This document shows positions 32,528 through 42,453 of a stretch of 64,000 bases of DNA, piece after piece. Source of the DNA: Rhodothermales bacterium. GTDB taxonomy: Bacteria > Bacteroidota > Rhodothermia > Rhodothermales > VXPQ01. A program made the position numbers and the translations under genes. Location of the stretch: positions 814,759 through 878,758 of the forward strand of contig OX638295.1 of the NCBI GenBank assembly GCA_951812345.1. Direction: 5' to 3'. Each line of letters starts with the position of its first letter. Position 1 is the first letter of the stretch. The notes under the pieces are model-generated. The model did not search any database, was not told where the DNA came from, and saw only the letters and a list, made by a program, of their open reading frames with translations.

Positions 32528-35149
32528 GTGCGCTGGCTATCGGTCATATTCCTCTCTGTGCTTTTGTCGTTCCCGGCGGCGGGGCAAACCATTCGCATCG
32601 AGGTCGAAGAAGCGCCGCTGCGGGATGCGCTGCTGGACGTACGGGATCAGGCGGGCGTCGATGTCGTGTTCTCGGAAGCGTTGGTCCTGGATCGACGCAC
32701 GACTTGCACGTACGAAGGATCGTCTGTCGAGGAAGCGCTGGTGTGCGTGCTTCGACCGGCGACGCTTGAAGCGCAGCGCGTGCGCCGAAGGCAATACGTT
32801 GTAGTGCGCGCTTCTATTGCCGACGGTACAGGAACCGCGCGCCGGTGGACATTGCGCGGATTCGTTATCGACCGGGAAAGCGGCGAAGCGCTGCCGGGTG
32901 CGCACATCTATCTCTCCGAACTGCGCATCGGCGCAGTGACGAACAACGCCGGGTATTTTGCGCTGTCTTCTCTGCCCCCGGGCGATTATGCCGTGCAGGC
33001 TTCCTTTTTGGGATATACGACCGGGGAACAGCGGATTGCGGAGACCTCCTCGCCGGTTATCGTGCCGCTCGTTCCTGTAGCGATTGAGGGAGGCGGCATT
33101 GTGGTGGAAGACGAACGCGCGGATTATGCGGTGGGGGCGGCTTCGCCCGGCCTGCTCAGGGAATCGGTTCGCCGTCTCGAAAGGTTGCCGTCCTTCCCCG
33201 GAGAGTCGGACCTGTTCCAGGCCCTTCAGCGGTTTCCGGGCATACGCAAGGCGGGCGAACTCCACGGGGGGATGCTGATTCGCGGGGCATCTCCCGATCA
33301 GAATCTCTACATGCTCGACGGGGCGCCCGTGTATCATCCCTGGCACGCATTCAGCCTTATTTCCATCTTCCAGACCGAGACATTCAAGGACATCAAGTTG
33401 TACCGCGGCTCTTTCCCCGTGGAATACGGGGGGAGGATATCGTCGGTGCTGGATGCGCAGATGAAGGACGGATCGCAGCAGGAGCCCCACGCGCTTATGG
33501 CAGTGAGCCCGCTCAGCGGGCGGATGGTGATCGAGTCGCCGGTGACCGCCAACAGTTCGTTCATGGCGGCGGGGCGCAGGTCCTATCTCGATAAGATTAT
33601 CGGACGCGAGCATCCTGTCGAGAACGCGGACGGCCGCCGGGACACGCTCCGCACGGGATACCATTTCTACGATGCAAGCGCCAAGTACACGCACCGGTTC
33701 GGGGGCGCGGATCGGCTTTCGATCAGTTATTATCGCGGCGGCGACGAGCTCGATCTGCGCCTGCCGTTCGATTTGTCGCTGGATTTCTCGTCCTGGCTTC
33801 GCCCGGCGGACCTTTTTTTCGAGGTGGCGCAGGAGTGGCGCAATCAATTGGTCAGCGCAAGATATCAGCATCTGTTTTCCGAGCGCCTTTTTGCGACGGG
33901 AACGGCGTACCTGTCCACCTACCGGGCCCGCGAGAGCACCTTGCTGCGCCCGACGATTTCAGCGGTTATGCAGTCCGACTACCGGGTGGACCTGCAGGAC
34001 ATAGGGGTGAAGATGGACATTGAATATTTCCGATCCGTCTCTCACCGGATACAGGTAGGTCTGCAAGCCGGCGTGCGCGATTTTTCCTCATCGCTCGATG
34101 CGGTGATCCGGCGCTCGGCAGGGACGGTAGACCGGCATGACCAGATCAACGAGGCGGCGGAGCCCGAACTGGCCGTGTATGCGCAGGATGTGTGGCAGCT
34201 GAACGAGCGCTGGATCATCCATCCGGGGGTGCGGCTGAATGTGTTCGGAGCCGAGTTTCGCACGGACGTCAGTCCCAGCCTTGCGCTTGAGCGTGTCATC
34301 GATCCCCGGCGGCTCCGCCTGCGCGCCGGCGTAAGCCGGACCATGCAATACCTCCACAGATTGCGCGACCGTTATGCCTTTACGTACGATCTCGTAACGA
34401 GCCGCTGGATTCCGGCGAGCGCAGACATTGCGCCGTCTTCCGGGTACCAGGGATCGATGGGGATCGAGAGCAGGCCCTTGCGGGGGTTGACACTCCATGG
34501 GGATATGTACTGGCGTTACGTAACGGATGTCCTGCTGCCGGAAGATGAGTTTCGCAGCAAAAATGAACTGGTGGGGCCGGGGATCGATGTGGGCGAGTTG
34601 CTTGGGCAGTATGTGCCGGGCGATGCGCGGGCGTACGGTGTTGAACTTTCCGCCGTTGCCGACCGCGGGCCCTGGTCGATGCGCCTGAACTATGCAGGGG
34701 GAAGATCCCTGACGCGCTCGGATGCGTTGGGAGAGACCTCGTTCCGGCCGTCCCGATATGATGTCCCCCGATCCTTTGGCGCGCTCGTTGCCCGGGACAT
34801 CGGAAAATGGCGGGTCACCTCCATTCTGGAGGCGCGCAGCGGCTATCCCACGACGGTGCCTGTGGCGCAGTACGCCATAGGCGACCCGCTCGACGAAACG
34901 GATCGGTATTTGTACCGTCCGTTTCTGAACAACGGGCGGTTGCCGCCCTATTTCCGGATGGACATAGCCGCGGAGCGCAGTTTCCGGGTGCTGGGCGCAT
35001 CCTGGCTTGCCCGCCTGCATCTGTACAACGTGACCAATCGGCGCAATGTGACAGCCCGGCAGTACCTCCTCTCGGATCAGGGTATGGAGGTGCAGAACCG
35101 CCGCGGTCTACCCATCCTGCCCCTGTTCGAAATCAGAATGCAATTATGA
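32528..35149 (+). CDS. TonB-dependent receptor/transducer with STN and carboxypeptidase-regulatory-like N-terminal domains
   Basis: STN-like 'IEVEEAPLRDALLDVRDQAGVDVVF'. 'RGFVIDRESGEALPGAHIYL...NNAGYFALSSLPPGDYAVQASFLGY'. Plug motif 'DQNLYMLDGAPVYHPWH'. C-terminal 'LHLYNVTNRRN'. The GTG start at 32528 is proposed. Confidence 0.85.
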   Translation: MRWLSVIFLSVLLSFPAAGQTIRIEVEEAPLRDALLDVRDQAGVDVVFSEALVLDRRTTCTYEGSSVEEALVCVLRPATLEAQRVRRRQYVVVRASIADGTGTARRWTLRGFVIDRESGEALPGAHIYLSELRIGAVTNNAGYFALSSLPPGDYAVQASFLGYTTGEQRIAETSSPVIVPLVPVAIEGGGIVVEDERADYAVGAASPGLLRESVRRLERLPSFPGESDLFQALQRFPGIRKAGELHGGMLIRGASPDQNLYMLDGAPVYHPWHAFSLISIFQTETFKDIKLYRGSFPVEYGGRISSVLDAQMKDGSQQEPHALMAVSPLSGRMVIESPVTANSSFMAAGRRSYLDKIIGREHPVENADGRRDTLRTGYHFYDASAKYTHRFGGADRLSISYYRGGDELDLRLPFDLSLDFSSWLRPADLFFEVAQEWRNQLVSARYQHLFSERLFATGTAYLSTYRARESTLLRPTISAVMQSDYRVDLQDIGVKMDIEYFRSVSHRIQVGLQAGVRDFSSSLDAVIRRSAGTVDRHDQINEAAEPELAVYAQDVWQLNERWIIHPGVRLNVFGAEFRTDVSPSLALERVIDPRRLRLRAGVSRTMQYLHRLRDRYAFTYDLVTSRWIPASADIAPSSGYQGSMGIESRPLRGLTLHGDMYWRYVTDVLLPEDEFRSKNELVGPGIDVGELLGQYVPGDARAYGVELSAVADRGPWSMRLNYAGGRSLTRSDALGETSFRPSRYDVPRSFGALVARDIGKWRVTSILEARSGYPTTVPVAQYAIGDPLDETDRYLYRPFLNNGRLPPYFRMDIAAERSFRVLGASWLARLHLYNVTNRRNVTARQYLLSDQGMEVQNRRGLPILPLFEIRMQL

Positions 35150-36087
35150 AGCCGCAAGCGATCCATAGGGTGGGGATGGTGTTTGCGGGCGTGCTGTGCG
35201 CATGCTTTGCAGCGGCGGGGTGCGATACGGTAGCCCCGGTTGACGAGGCGCAGGTCGTGGTGGAGGGATTCCTCAATACCGGGCAGTCTCTCCAGCCTGT
35301 GCGCGTGCACCGGACCTTGTCGCCCAGGCAGCCCTACGATGCTGCGCAAGCCGCCGTTTCGAATGCCGATGTGGAGATGCTGCTGGGGGACAACATGGTG
35401 CGTTATACGCCGGATCCGGAGCAGGCAGGCCGGTATTTGCCGGAGGGGAACGGCGCCGGGATTGCGGCCGCCGGCGATATATTCTCATTCAGCGTGGTCT
35501 GGAGGGATGTTGTGGTTGGGGCGCGAGGAGTCGTCCCGCCCGAAATAGAAATCCTTGCCGTATCGCTCGAAATCCCGGAGGAACCCGTTTCGGCGGTGCT
35601 GCTCGACTCGCTGGCGTTGTCGGACACCCTGGCGACCGGCGCGTATACCGGGTACATATATCCGATCGAAGCCACGATCGAATGGGCTGCGCCGGAGGAG
35701 GGATTGTTTCAGGAAGAGTCCTGGGTGCGGGCGCAGTTGCATCCTTTCACCACATTTTCTTCTCCCATTGTGGATCTGTTTCTCCGTTCCGACGATGTGT
35801 TCAGAGAGCAAACGCAGGAAATCACGGCGGATCGCAAGATATGGACCGGGGTGTATGCCGTCAGCGTACCTGAGGAAGGCGATCCGTTGCCGGAACATGG
35901 CCTGCGCGTATCGCTGGTGCGATCCGGGCCGGATTATGCCCGGTTTGCCGCAAGCAGGGACGATCCCGACCGACGCGAGCCCATTTCCGGCGTGCAAGGG
36001 GGGATCGGTATTTTTGCGGCAATCTCCGTCGATTCGGTGCACGTACAGGTGGACGGGGCGGGCGGAGCATTCCCGTCGCCGCAGTAA
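35146..36087 (+). CDS. Lipoprotein downstream of the receptor (DUF4249-like by position and size)
   Basis: Lipobox 'CACFAAAGCD'. The ATGA overlaps the receptor stop. The family assignment is an inference. Confidence 0.55.
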   Translation: MKPQAIHRVGMVFAGVLCACFAAAGCDTVAPVDEAQVVVEGFLNTGQSLQPVRVHRTLSPRQPYDAAQAAVSNADVEMLLGDNMVRYTPDPEQAGRYLPEGNGAGIAAAGDIFSFSVVWRDVVVGARGVVPPEIEILAVSLEIPEEPVSAVLLDSLALSDTLATGAYTGYIYPIEATIEWAAPEEGLFQEESWVRAQLHPFTTFSSPIVDLFLRSDDVFREQTQEITADRKIWTGVYAVSVPEEGDPLPEHGLRVSLVRSGPDYARFAASRDDPDRREPISGVQGGIGIFAAISVDSVHVQVDGAGGAFPSPQ

Positions 36088-36100
36088 GGAGGGTTTGGCC

Positions 36101-36772
36101 ATGACGCAGGATATCGAATTCGAGCCGGGACGCGTTACGTTGCTGCGGGCGCTGGACAAATCCCCAGAGCGCGTTTCCGTGCATATTGACGGCCGGTTTG
36201 CATTCTCTCTGCACCAGGATGTGGTTCTCGAATTCGGGCTGGCGAAAGGAAAACTGCTCGCCGTGGAGGAACAGGTGCGCATGGTCCGGCAAGACCTTGT
36301 GTTCAAAGCGCGAGCGATTGCCTTGCGTTATATGGCGTATCGGGACAGGACGGCTGCGGAAGTCCGCCGCCGGTTGCGCAAGGCGTATTCGGGAGAAATC
36401 GCCGATGAGGTGGTCGAGCGCCTAAAAAAATCTGGCCTGCTGGACGACGGGGCGTTTGCAGAGGCGTTTGCCGCGCACCGGTTCCGGCAGGAAGGGCATG
36501 GTCCCACGCGTGTGCGCGCCGATCTGCTTCGGAAGGGCGTGGCGCCTGTCGTACTGGAGGCTGCACTGGATGCCGTGTTCGGTGAGCAGGATGCCCTTGA
36601 AGACCGTGCGGTGGAGGTGGGGAGAACATGGTGGCAGCGGTTGTCGAGAGAGCCGGACCAGATGAAGCGAAAAAAGAAGGTCTGCGATTATCTCGTGCGC
36701 CGGGGGTACCCCTTCGATCTGGCGCGCCGTGTCGTATTTGATCTTGCAAGTGAAACGGATCGCCAGACGTAG
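36101..36772 (+). CDS. recX: Recombination regulator RecX
   Basis: 'ARAIALRYMAYRDRTAAEVRRRLRK', 'LLDDGAFAEAFA', 'GPTRVRADLLRKGV', 'DYLVRRGYPFD'. An AAGGAGG lies 9 nt upstream. Confidence 0.85.
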   Translation: MTQDIEFEPGRVTLLRALDKSPERVSVHIDGRFAFSLHQDVVLEFGLAKGKLLAVEEQVRMVRQDLVFKARAIALRYMAYRDRTAAEVRRRLRKAYSGEIADEVVERLKKSGLLDDGAFAEAFAAHRFRQEGHGPTRVRADLLRKGVAPVVLEAALDAVFGEQDALEDRAVEVGRTWWQRLSREPDQMKRKKKVCDYLVRRGYPFDLARRVVFDLASETDRQT

Positions 36773-36950
36773 CCATGCCATACCGGACACGGGAACACAA
36801 AAAATTGTCTCCGGGTTCACAGGATCGTTATATTTTGCGGTCGGATTTTCCGTAAGGTGAATGCCGTATGCAGGGGCGTTGCGTCGTTTGTTGCGCCGCC
36901 GGCCCCTTTGAAATCCATCGATACCCTATAAACAAACGTACGCAGAGCAC

Positions 36951-37313
36951 GTGACGAACGAAGAGCAGATTGGACGGGATGGCCAGGTAGATATGTATTC
37001 GCACCGCGATGAAATCTATTCGAGGCGTGTCCCCGCAGGGAAACGAACCTATTACTTCGATGTCAAGACAACCCGGTCGGGCGAGGATTTCTTCGTAACC
37101 ATTACGGAGAGCAAACGCGTTTCGGAAACCCGGCACGAGAAGCATAAGATTTTCCTCTACAAGGAGGATTTCGGCAAGTTCATTACAGCGCTGCACGATG
37201 TTGTGAAGCACGTGGTCGACGAGCGGCTCCCGGGATACGAATTCCGTAATTTGCCGGAGCTTACCGGCATCGACGACCGGGATCATTCCTCGGAAGGCAC
37301 GAACCGCCGCTAA
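36951..37313 (+). CDS. PUR-alpha-like ssDNA/RNA-binding protein (DUF3276-like)
   Basis: 'IYSRRVPAGKRTYYFDVKTTRSGEDFFVTITESKR...KHKIFLYKEDFGKF'. Confidence 0.7.
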   Translation: MTNEEQIGRDGQVDMYSHRDEIYSRRVPAGKRTYYFDVKTTRSGEDFFVTITESKRVSETRHEKHKIFLYKEDFGKFITALHDVVKHVVDERLPGYEFRNLPELTGIDDRDHSSEGTNRR

Positions 37314-37338
37314 TACGGACGGAGACGGTCTTGCATGG

Positions 37339-37371
37339 AAAGCCCTGTCGCTCGAACCGGCAGGGCTTTTG
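37339..37371 (+). terminator. Rho-independent terminator-like hairpin
   Basis: 'aaagccctg' (14-nt loop) 'cagggcttt' followed by t. Confidence 0.5.
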
Positions 37372-37453
37372 CCGTTACGGTCACGGGGCGCCGTCAGGGC
37401 AGCGCTGTTCGGGCGCCGCACGCTGAGTCTTACGCAACCTTTCTCTTCTCATC

Positions 37454-38797
37454 ATGCTTCCTGTCGTACCTTTTTGCGAGCGCCAGGAAAAACTGGAGCG
37501 CCTTTTCGGTCGCAGCGCCTTGTTCGGCGACCGGATCGACGAAGCGGTGCGTCGTATTCTGGAGGAAGTCCGTTCGGGGGGCGATGCGGCAGTGCTCGAT
37601 TGTACGGAGCGGTTCGACGGGGTGCGCCCCGCCTCGTTATCGGTGGATGTCGATCGTCTTGCCGAAGCCCATGCCCGTTTGGACGATACGCTGCGCGGTA
37701 TTCTTGTCGAAGCCGCGGACAATATCCGGCGGTTTCACGAAAAGCAGTTGCGGGCGTCGTGGTTTGACACGGAAGAAGACGGCGCCGGACTGGGGCAGCG
37801 GTATGTACCGATCGAACGGGCAGGGGTGTACGTGCCCGGCGGCACGGCGGCCTATCCGTCCAGTGTACTGATGAATGTCATTCCGGCGCAGGTTGCCGGG
37901 GTCGAGCATCTGTACCTCGCATCGCCGCCCGGGCCGGACGGGTTGCCGCATCCGCTTGTATTGGCGGTGGCCCATATTCTCGGTATCGATCGCGTATTCG
38001 CGGCGGGGGGGGCCCAGGCTATCGCCATGTTTGCTTTCGGGACGGAAACCGCGCCGCGCGTCGACAAGATCACCGGCCCTGGCAACGCCTATGTGGCGAC
38101 GGCCAAGAAGCAGGTCTACGGCATGGTGGACATCGATTCGGTGGCCGGGCCGAGCGAAATCGTCGTGCTGGCCGATTCGGGCGCCGATCCGCGTTTTGCG
38201 GCGGCCGATCTGCTTGCGCAAGCCGAGCACGACCTCCGGGCTTCGGCGGTCCTGGTGACGCCGGATGCAGGACTGGCGGAAGCCGTACGCAGCCATGCCG
38301 CCGCGATGACGGCGACGCTGCCGCGGCGCGCGATCGTCGAGGCTTCGCTCACCGATTTCGGCGCCTGCATTGTGACCGATACGCTGGATCAGGCCGTGGA
38401 GGTTGTCAACGAACTGGCTCCCGAACACCTTGAATTGCTTGTGCGGGATCCCGAAGCCTTGCTTCCCCGGATCCGGCATGCGGGCGCCATCTTTATGGGG
38501 CCGTTCTCCCCGGAACCGGTGGGCGATTATTTTGCCGGCCCGAACCATGTGCTTCCCACCGGCGGCACGGCCCGGTATGCGTCGGCGCTGGGCGTCGAGG
38601 ACTTTCTGCGCCGGCAGTCCGTCATTGCATGGACGGAAGCGCGGCTGGCAAGAACCGGTGCGCGCATCGCCACGTTTGCGAGAGCAGAGGGGCTGGAGGC
38701 GCATGCCCGCGCCGTGGAGGCCCGGTTGGCAGGAGATATTTCAACACACAGCGCATCGAAGAGGCAAGAGGATGAACAGGCAGATCCGCATGGATGA
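37454..38797 (+). CDS. hisD: Histidinol dehydrogenase
   Basis: 'GGAQAIAMFAFGTE', 'VDKITGPGNAYVATAKK', 'AGPSEIVVLAD', 'QAEHD'. Confidence 0.9.
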   Translation: MLPVVPFCERQEKLERLFGRSALFGDRIDEAVRRILEEVRSGGDAAVLDCTERFDGVRPASLSVDVDRLAEAHARLDDTLRGILVEAADNIRRFHEKQLRASWFDTEEDGAGLGQRYVPIERAGVYVPGGTAAYPSSVLMNVIPAQVAGVEHLYLASPPGPDGLPHPLVLAVAHILGIDRVFAAGGAQAIAMFAFGTETAPRVDKITGPGNAYVATAKKQVYGMVDIDSVAGPSEIVVLADSGADPRFAAADLLAQAEHDLRASAVLVTPDAGLAEAVRSHAAAMTATLPRRAIVEASLTDFGACIVTDTLDQAVEVVNELAPEHLELLVRDPEALLPRIRHAGAIFMGPFSPEPVGDYFAGPNHVLPTGGTARYASALGVEDFLRRQSVIAWTEARLARTGARIATFARAEGLEAHARAVEARLAGDISTHSASKRQEDEQADPHG

Positions 38798-39869
38798 GCT
38801 CGTACGCCGCATTCGTCCGGCTGTCCGCGCCCGGCGCCCGTATCTGGTAGGCCTTCCCGAGGCGACCACCGTAAAACTGAACCAGAACGAAAGCCCGTAC
38901 GATCTTCCGCCGGAGGTCAAAGAGGAGGTGCTCCGGGAGTTTGCGCGTATTCCGTTCAACCGGTATCCGGACGAATTTTCGGAGCGGCTGATCCAGACGT
39001 ATGCAGCGCATGCCGGATGCGATCCCAGCGGGGTGATCGTAGGCAACGGCTCCAACGATCTTGCCGGTCTGCTGGCCCTGGCGCTGATCGAGCGTGGTAC
39101 ACCGGTGGTGCTGCCGCGTCCCATGTTTTCGCTGTACGCGAAGCTGGCGCTTCTCCACGACGGCGATCTCCTCGAAGTACCCTGCCGGGAAGATTTTCGC
39201 TTCGATACGGATGCCCTGGTCGAAGCGGCAAAAGAGCGCCGCCCGTCGCTCATTGTGCTTGCGACGCCTAACAATCCTACCGGCCTCGCAATGACGCTGG
39301 ACGAGATTGCGGCGGTTGCCGACGCCTCGGAGGGATTTGTGGTGGTCGACGAAGCGTATCTGGAGTTTTCGGAAGAGGGGAGTGCGCTGCGGCTTATGGA
39401 CGAACGTCCCAACCTGATTCTGCTCCGCACCTTTTCGAAGGCGTGCGGGCTTGCCGGGTTGCGTCTCGGTTTTCTCATAGCCCATCCTGACGTGCTCCGG
39501 GAACTGCGCAAGGCGAGGATGCCGTTCATGATCGATCCGCTGGCCTCCGCGGCGGCGCATATTCTGCTCACCGCCTATCCGGACGTTATCGAGGAGCGCG
39601 CTTGCCGTATTCGAGAGGATTGTATTGCGATTACCGCTGCCCTTGCAGCGATGGAAGGCGTGGAAGTGATGCCGTCTCAGACGAATTCCGTACTATTCCG
39701 AACGCCGCAGGACGCAGCGGACCTGAAAGGGCGTTTTCTCAAGGAAGGCGTGCTTGTTCGTTCCATGTCCGGATACCCTGAATTACAGGATTTTCTTCGC
39801 GTAAACGCCGGAACGGAAGTCGAGAACAAGGCATTTATGACGGCGTTAAAACGTGCGCTGTCGGTATGA
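38772..39869 (+). CDS. hisC: Histidinol-phosphate aminotransferase
   Basis: 'KLNQNESPYDLP', 'ATPNNPTG', 'RTFSKACGLAGLRLGF'. There is a 26-nt overlap with hisD. Confidence 0.9.
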   Translation: MNRQIRMDELVRRIRPAVRARRPYLVGLPEATTVKLNQNESPYDLPPEVKEEVLREFARIPFNRYPDEFSERLIQTYAAHAGCDPSGVIVGNGSNDLAGLLALALIERGTPVVLPRPMFSLYAKLALLHDGDLLEVPCREDFRFDTDALVEAAKERRPSLIVLATPNNPTGLAMTLDEIAAVADASEGFVVVDEAYLEFSEEGSALRLMDERPNLILLRTFSKACGLAGLRLGFLIAHPDVLRELRKARMPFMIDPLASAAAHILLTAYPDVIEERACRIREDCIAITAALAAMEGVEVMPSQTNSVLFRTPQDAADLKGRFLKEGVLVRSMSGYPELQDFLRVNAGTEVENKAFMTALKRALSV

Positions 39870-40420
39870 AACACATAAAGGTAGATATCATCGGGCTGTC
39901 CACCACTCCTTCGAGTGGGGGCGCTGCCTATGCCCTTGTTCTGGGCGAGGTGGCCGGGGATCGCAGACTTCCGATTATCATCGGCGCATTCGAGGCGCAG
40001 GCCATTGCGCTCGAAATGGAAAAGATTCAGCCGCCGCGGCCCATGACGCACGATCTGCTGCGCGACTCGCTGGAGGCGGTGAAGGCCGAAATAACCGAGG
40101 TCGTTATCGACGAACTCAGAGAGGGTACGTTCTTCGCCAAGATATGCTATACCCATGACGGGAAGGCAGCCCATCTCGATTCCCGTCCGAGCGATGCCGT
40201 GGCGCTTGCCGTGCGCGTCGATGCCCCTATTTATGTGGCTCCCGACGTAATGCAGGACGCCAGCATACGCAAGGAAAAGGAACCGGCGCCGGTCGCCATG
40301 ACGCAACTGGAGCGGATGGAGCATCAGCTCGATGCGGCTGTCCAGGAAGAGAATTACGAAAAGGCTGCCGAACTGCGCGACGAAATCAAACGGCTTCAAA
40401 GCGAGCGTCAGCAGAATTAG
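39866..40420 (+). CDS. Bifunctional nuclease (BFN/DUF151) with a C-terminal UVR motif
   Basis: 'LPIIIGAFEAQAIALEM', 'RPMTHDLL', 'DSRPSDAVALAVR', 'EENYEKAAELRDEIKRLQ'. Confidence 0.8.
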   Translation: MKHIKVDIIGLSTTPSSGGAAYALVLGEVAGDRRLPIIIGAFEAQAIALEMEKIQPPRPMTHDLLRDSLEAVKAEITEVVIDELREGTFFAKICYTHDGKAAHLDSRPSDAVALAVRVDAPIYVAPDVMQDASIRKEKEPAPVAMTQLERMEHQLDAAVQEENYEKAAELRDEIKRLQSERQQN

Positions 40421-40469
40421 CGCGGCGCCGTATACAGGGTTACGCCGTTCCCATCTTTCGTCCACCGAT

Positions 40470-42092
40470 ATGCAGGCGTCCGTAGAGCGTATTCCATTTA
40501 CCGACCTGCACGGGTTTTCGGCGCTTTTCCGGGATTACTGCACGAACTACGAGGTCCTTTCGGGCTACTTCGCGGGCGACTGGAGCCAATCCGGGGAACG
40601 GGCAAACGCCGTCGAACGGGCTGCCGCATTCGGCCGGGACCGGGACGCGCTCGCCGATGCGCTGCTGCGGCAGCATGCGGCATGGGGAGATGGGGAAGCA
40701 GCGCGTGCCGGGATCGAGGCACTGCGGGAGCCGGATACCGCAGCGGTGGTTACCGGCCAGCAGGTCGGCTTGTTTACGGGGCCGATCTATACCATTCTAA
40801 AGGCGCTTTCCGCCATCCAGTTGGCCGAGCGGCTTACCGAAGAAACCGGGCGGCGCATCGTGCCGGTGTTCTGGCTGGGCGGCGAAGACCACGATGTGGA
40901 CGAGATTTCGAAAGTCGTCGCGCTGCGCAGCAACCAGCCCGTCGAGTTGTGCTTGCAGGCCGATGAGGCTGGTTCTCCGGGGCCGGCCGGGCGCATACGA
41001 CCGGGGAATGGTATTACGGACCGTCTGGAGGAGCTTCTTCCCGATACGGATTTCAAGGGAGATGTGCTGCGCATGGTCCGGGAAGCATACGGCGGCGGTG
41101 GAACGCTCTCCGAAGGCTTCGCCCGGATGCTCCGGGTCTTGTTTCCCTCTCTGGTGATCGTCAATCCTGACGACGCGTCCCTGAAACGACTGGTGGCGCC
41201 GCTCTTCGCACGGGAAATCGAGGAAGCCGAGACCGCTGCCGCCCTCGTGCGCCGCGTTTCGGACGAACTGGGGAAAGCATACCATGAACAGGTGTTCGTG
41301 CGTCCGGCCAATCTTTTTCTGCTCAACGAGGAGGGGCGCATTCCGCTCGATCTCGATGGCGAGGATTTTGTCGCGCGCGGTACGGACCGGCGCATGACAC
41401 GGGCGGAAGCCCTTGACCTGCTGCGGCGATCCCCGGAATCCTTCAGCCCGAATGTGGTGCTTCGTCCTCTGATGCAGGACCTTCTGCTTCCCACGGCGCT
41501 GTACGTGGGCGGCCCGGGCGAGATCGCCTACTTTGCGCAGTGCCATCCCCTGTACGAATGGGCGGGTCTTCCCATGCCGCTGATCTATCCCCGGGCCGGC
41601 GCCACCTTCCTCGAACCGCATGTGGCGAAGGTGCTGGATGCGTATGGGCTAGCCGTGGGGGATTTCTCCGGGGATGCGGACCGGCTTTTTCATCGCGTCG
41701 TGGTGGACTCGATGCAGGGCAATCTCGACGAGGCATTCGACGAGGCCGCGCGGCGCCTTGGCGGGGTCGTCGATCACGTGCGGGCGCCGCTCCGGGAGGT
41801 GGACGGTACGCTGGCGAAGGCCGCCGACGCCACTCAAAAAGCACTGACGGCCGAACTGTCCCGGCTGCGGGCGAAGGGCGTACGGGCCGAGAAGAAAAAA
41901 CAGGACCTGGTGCGCACCCGCCTCGAAAAGGCGCAAGGGAATCTGTATCCGAACGGAGTATTGCAGGAGCGCGAGCTGTCCGTGCTGCATTTTCTCAACA
42001 AATACGGCATAGGCTTCATGGATATGCTGCGCGAGACGCTCGATACGGACACCGCCGAGCACCAGGTGGTGCGGTTACAGGGAAGGGGGTAG
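40470..42092 (+). CDS. bshC: Bacillithiol biosynthesis cysteine-adding enzyme
   Basis: 'VVTGQQVGLFTGPIYTILKALSAIQLA', 'FWLGGEDHD', 'SPNVVLRPLMQD', and a length of 540 aa. Confidence 0.8.
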   Translation: MQASVERIPFTDLHGFSALFRDYCTNYEVLSGYFAGDWSQSGERANAVERAAAFGRDRDALADALLRQHAAWGDGEAARAGIEALREPDTAAVVTGQQVGLFTGPIYTILKALSAIQLAERLTEETGRRIVPVFWLGGEDHDVDEISKVVALRSNQPVELCLQADEAGSPGPAGRIRPGNGITDRLEELLPDTDFKGDVLRMVREAYGGGGTLSEGFARMLRVLFPSLVIVNPDDASLKRLVAPLFAREIEEAETAAALVRRVSDELGKAYHEQVFVRPANLFLLNEEGRIPLDLDGEDFVARGTDRRMTRAEALDLLRRSPESFSPNVVLRPLMQDLLLPTALYVGGPGEIAYFAQCHPLYEWAGLPMPLIYPRAGATFLEPHVAKVLDAYGLAVGDFSGDADRLFHRVVVDSMQGNLDEAFDEAARRLGGVVDHVRAPLREVDGTLAKAADATQKALTAELSRLRAKGVRAEKKKQDLVRTRLEKAQGNLYPNGVLQERELSVLHFLNKYGIGFMDMLRETLDTDTAEHQVVRLQGRG

Positions 42093-42187
42093 GGTCGTGA
42101 ATTCTTTGCACCGTTCAGGTGTGCGCCCGGATTTTGTGGTCGATCCCACGAGCCGGGTTTGCGATCCAGGTCTTTCGGTCGTTACAT

Positions 42188-42448
42188 TAAGGATATTCTG
42201 ATTAAGTCCGCAAAGCTCAGAGGCTTGCGAGAAGCGGGCTGGCAAGGAATGACGAAGCAATGTGGCAGGCCCCACATAATGAGGAATGACACGGCCAGCG
42301 TGCTTCTCGCAGTCTCCCGAAGGGCGCTTCACGCCCGCAGTGCCCGGAACCCGCAGTGTTTTCTGCTGATTTCAACGATGGAATCATGGCGTCCCTTACG
42401 TGCGAAAGTGAAGTGCTGAGCAAAGTGGTTTTGATCAGAGTATCCTTA
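42188..42448 (-). repeat. Dispersed MITE-like element, copy 3 (complete, 261 bp)
   Basis: Termini 'taaggatattctgattaag' and 'ttgatcagagtatcctta' are inverted. The interior aligns with copy 1 over its full length in the opposite orientation. Confidence 0.75.
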
Positions 42449-42453
42449 ACCCC

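Noticed and set aside
34807-36100. Track ORFs 34807-36087 and 35555-36772 suggest much longer lipoprotein and RecX proteins.
   Set aside because: The upstream parts overlap the preceding genes in other frames and are compositionally junk. Good internal starts exist: the ATG at 35146 with a lipobox, and the ATG at 36101 with an AAGGAGG.
37314-37453. Possible his-operon leader, attenuator or riboswitch upstream of hisD.
   Set aside because: The only clear structure is a hairpin plus T-run at 37339-37371, best explained as the terminator of the upstream PUR-like gene. No His-codon-rich leader peptide is visible.
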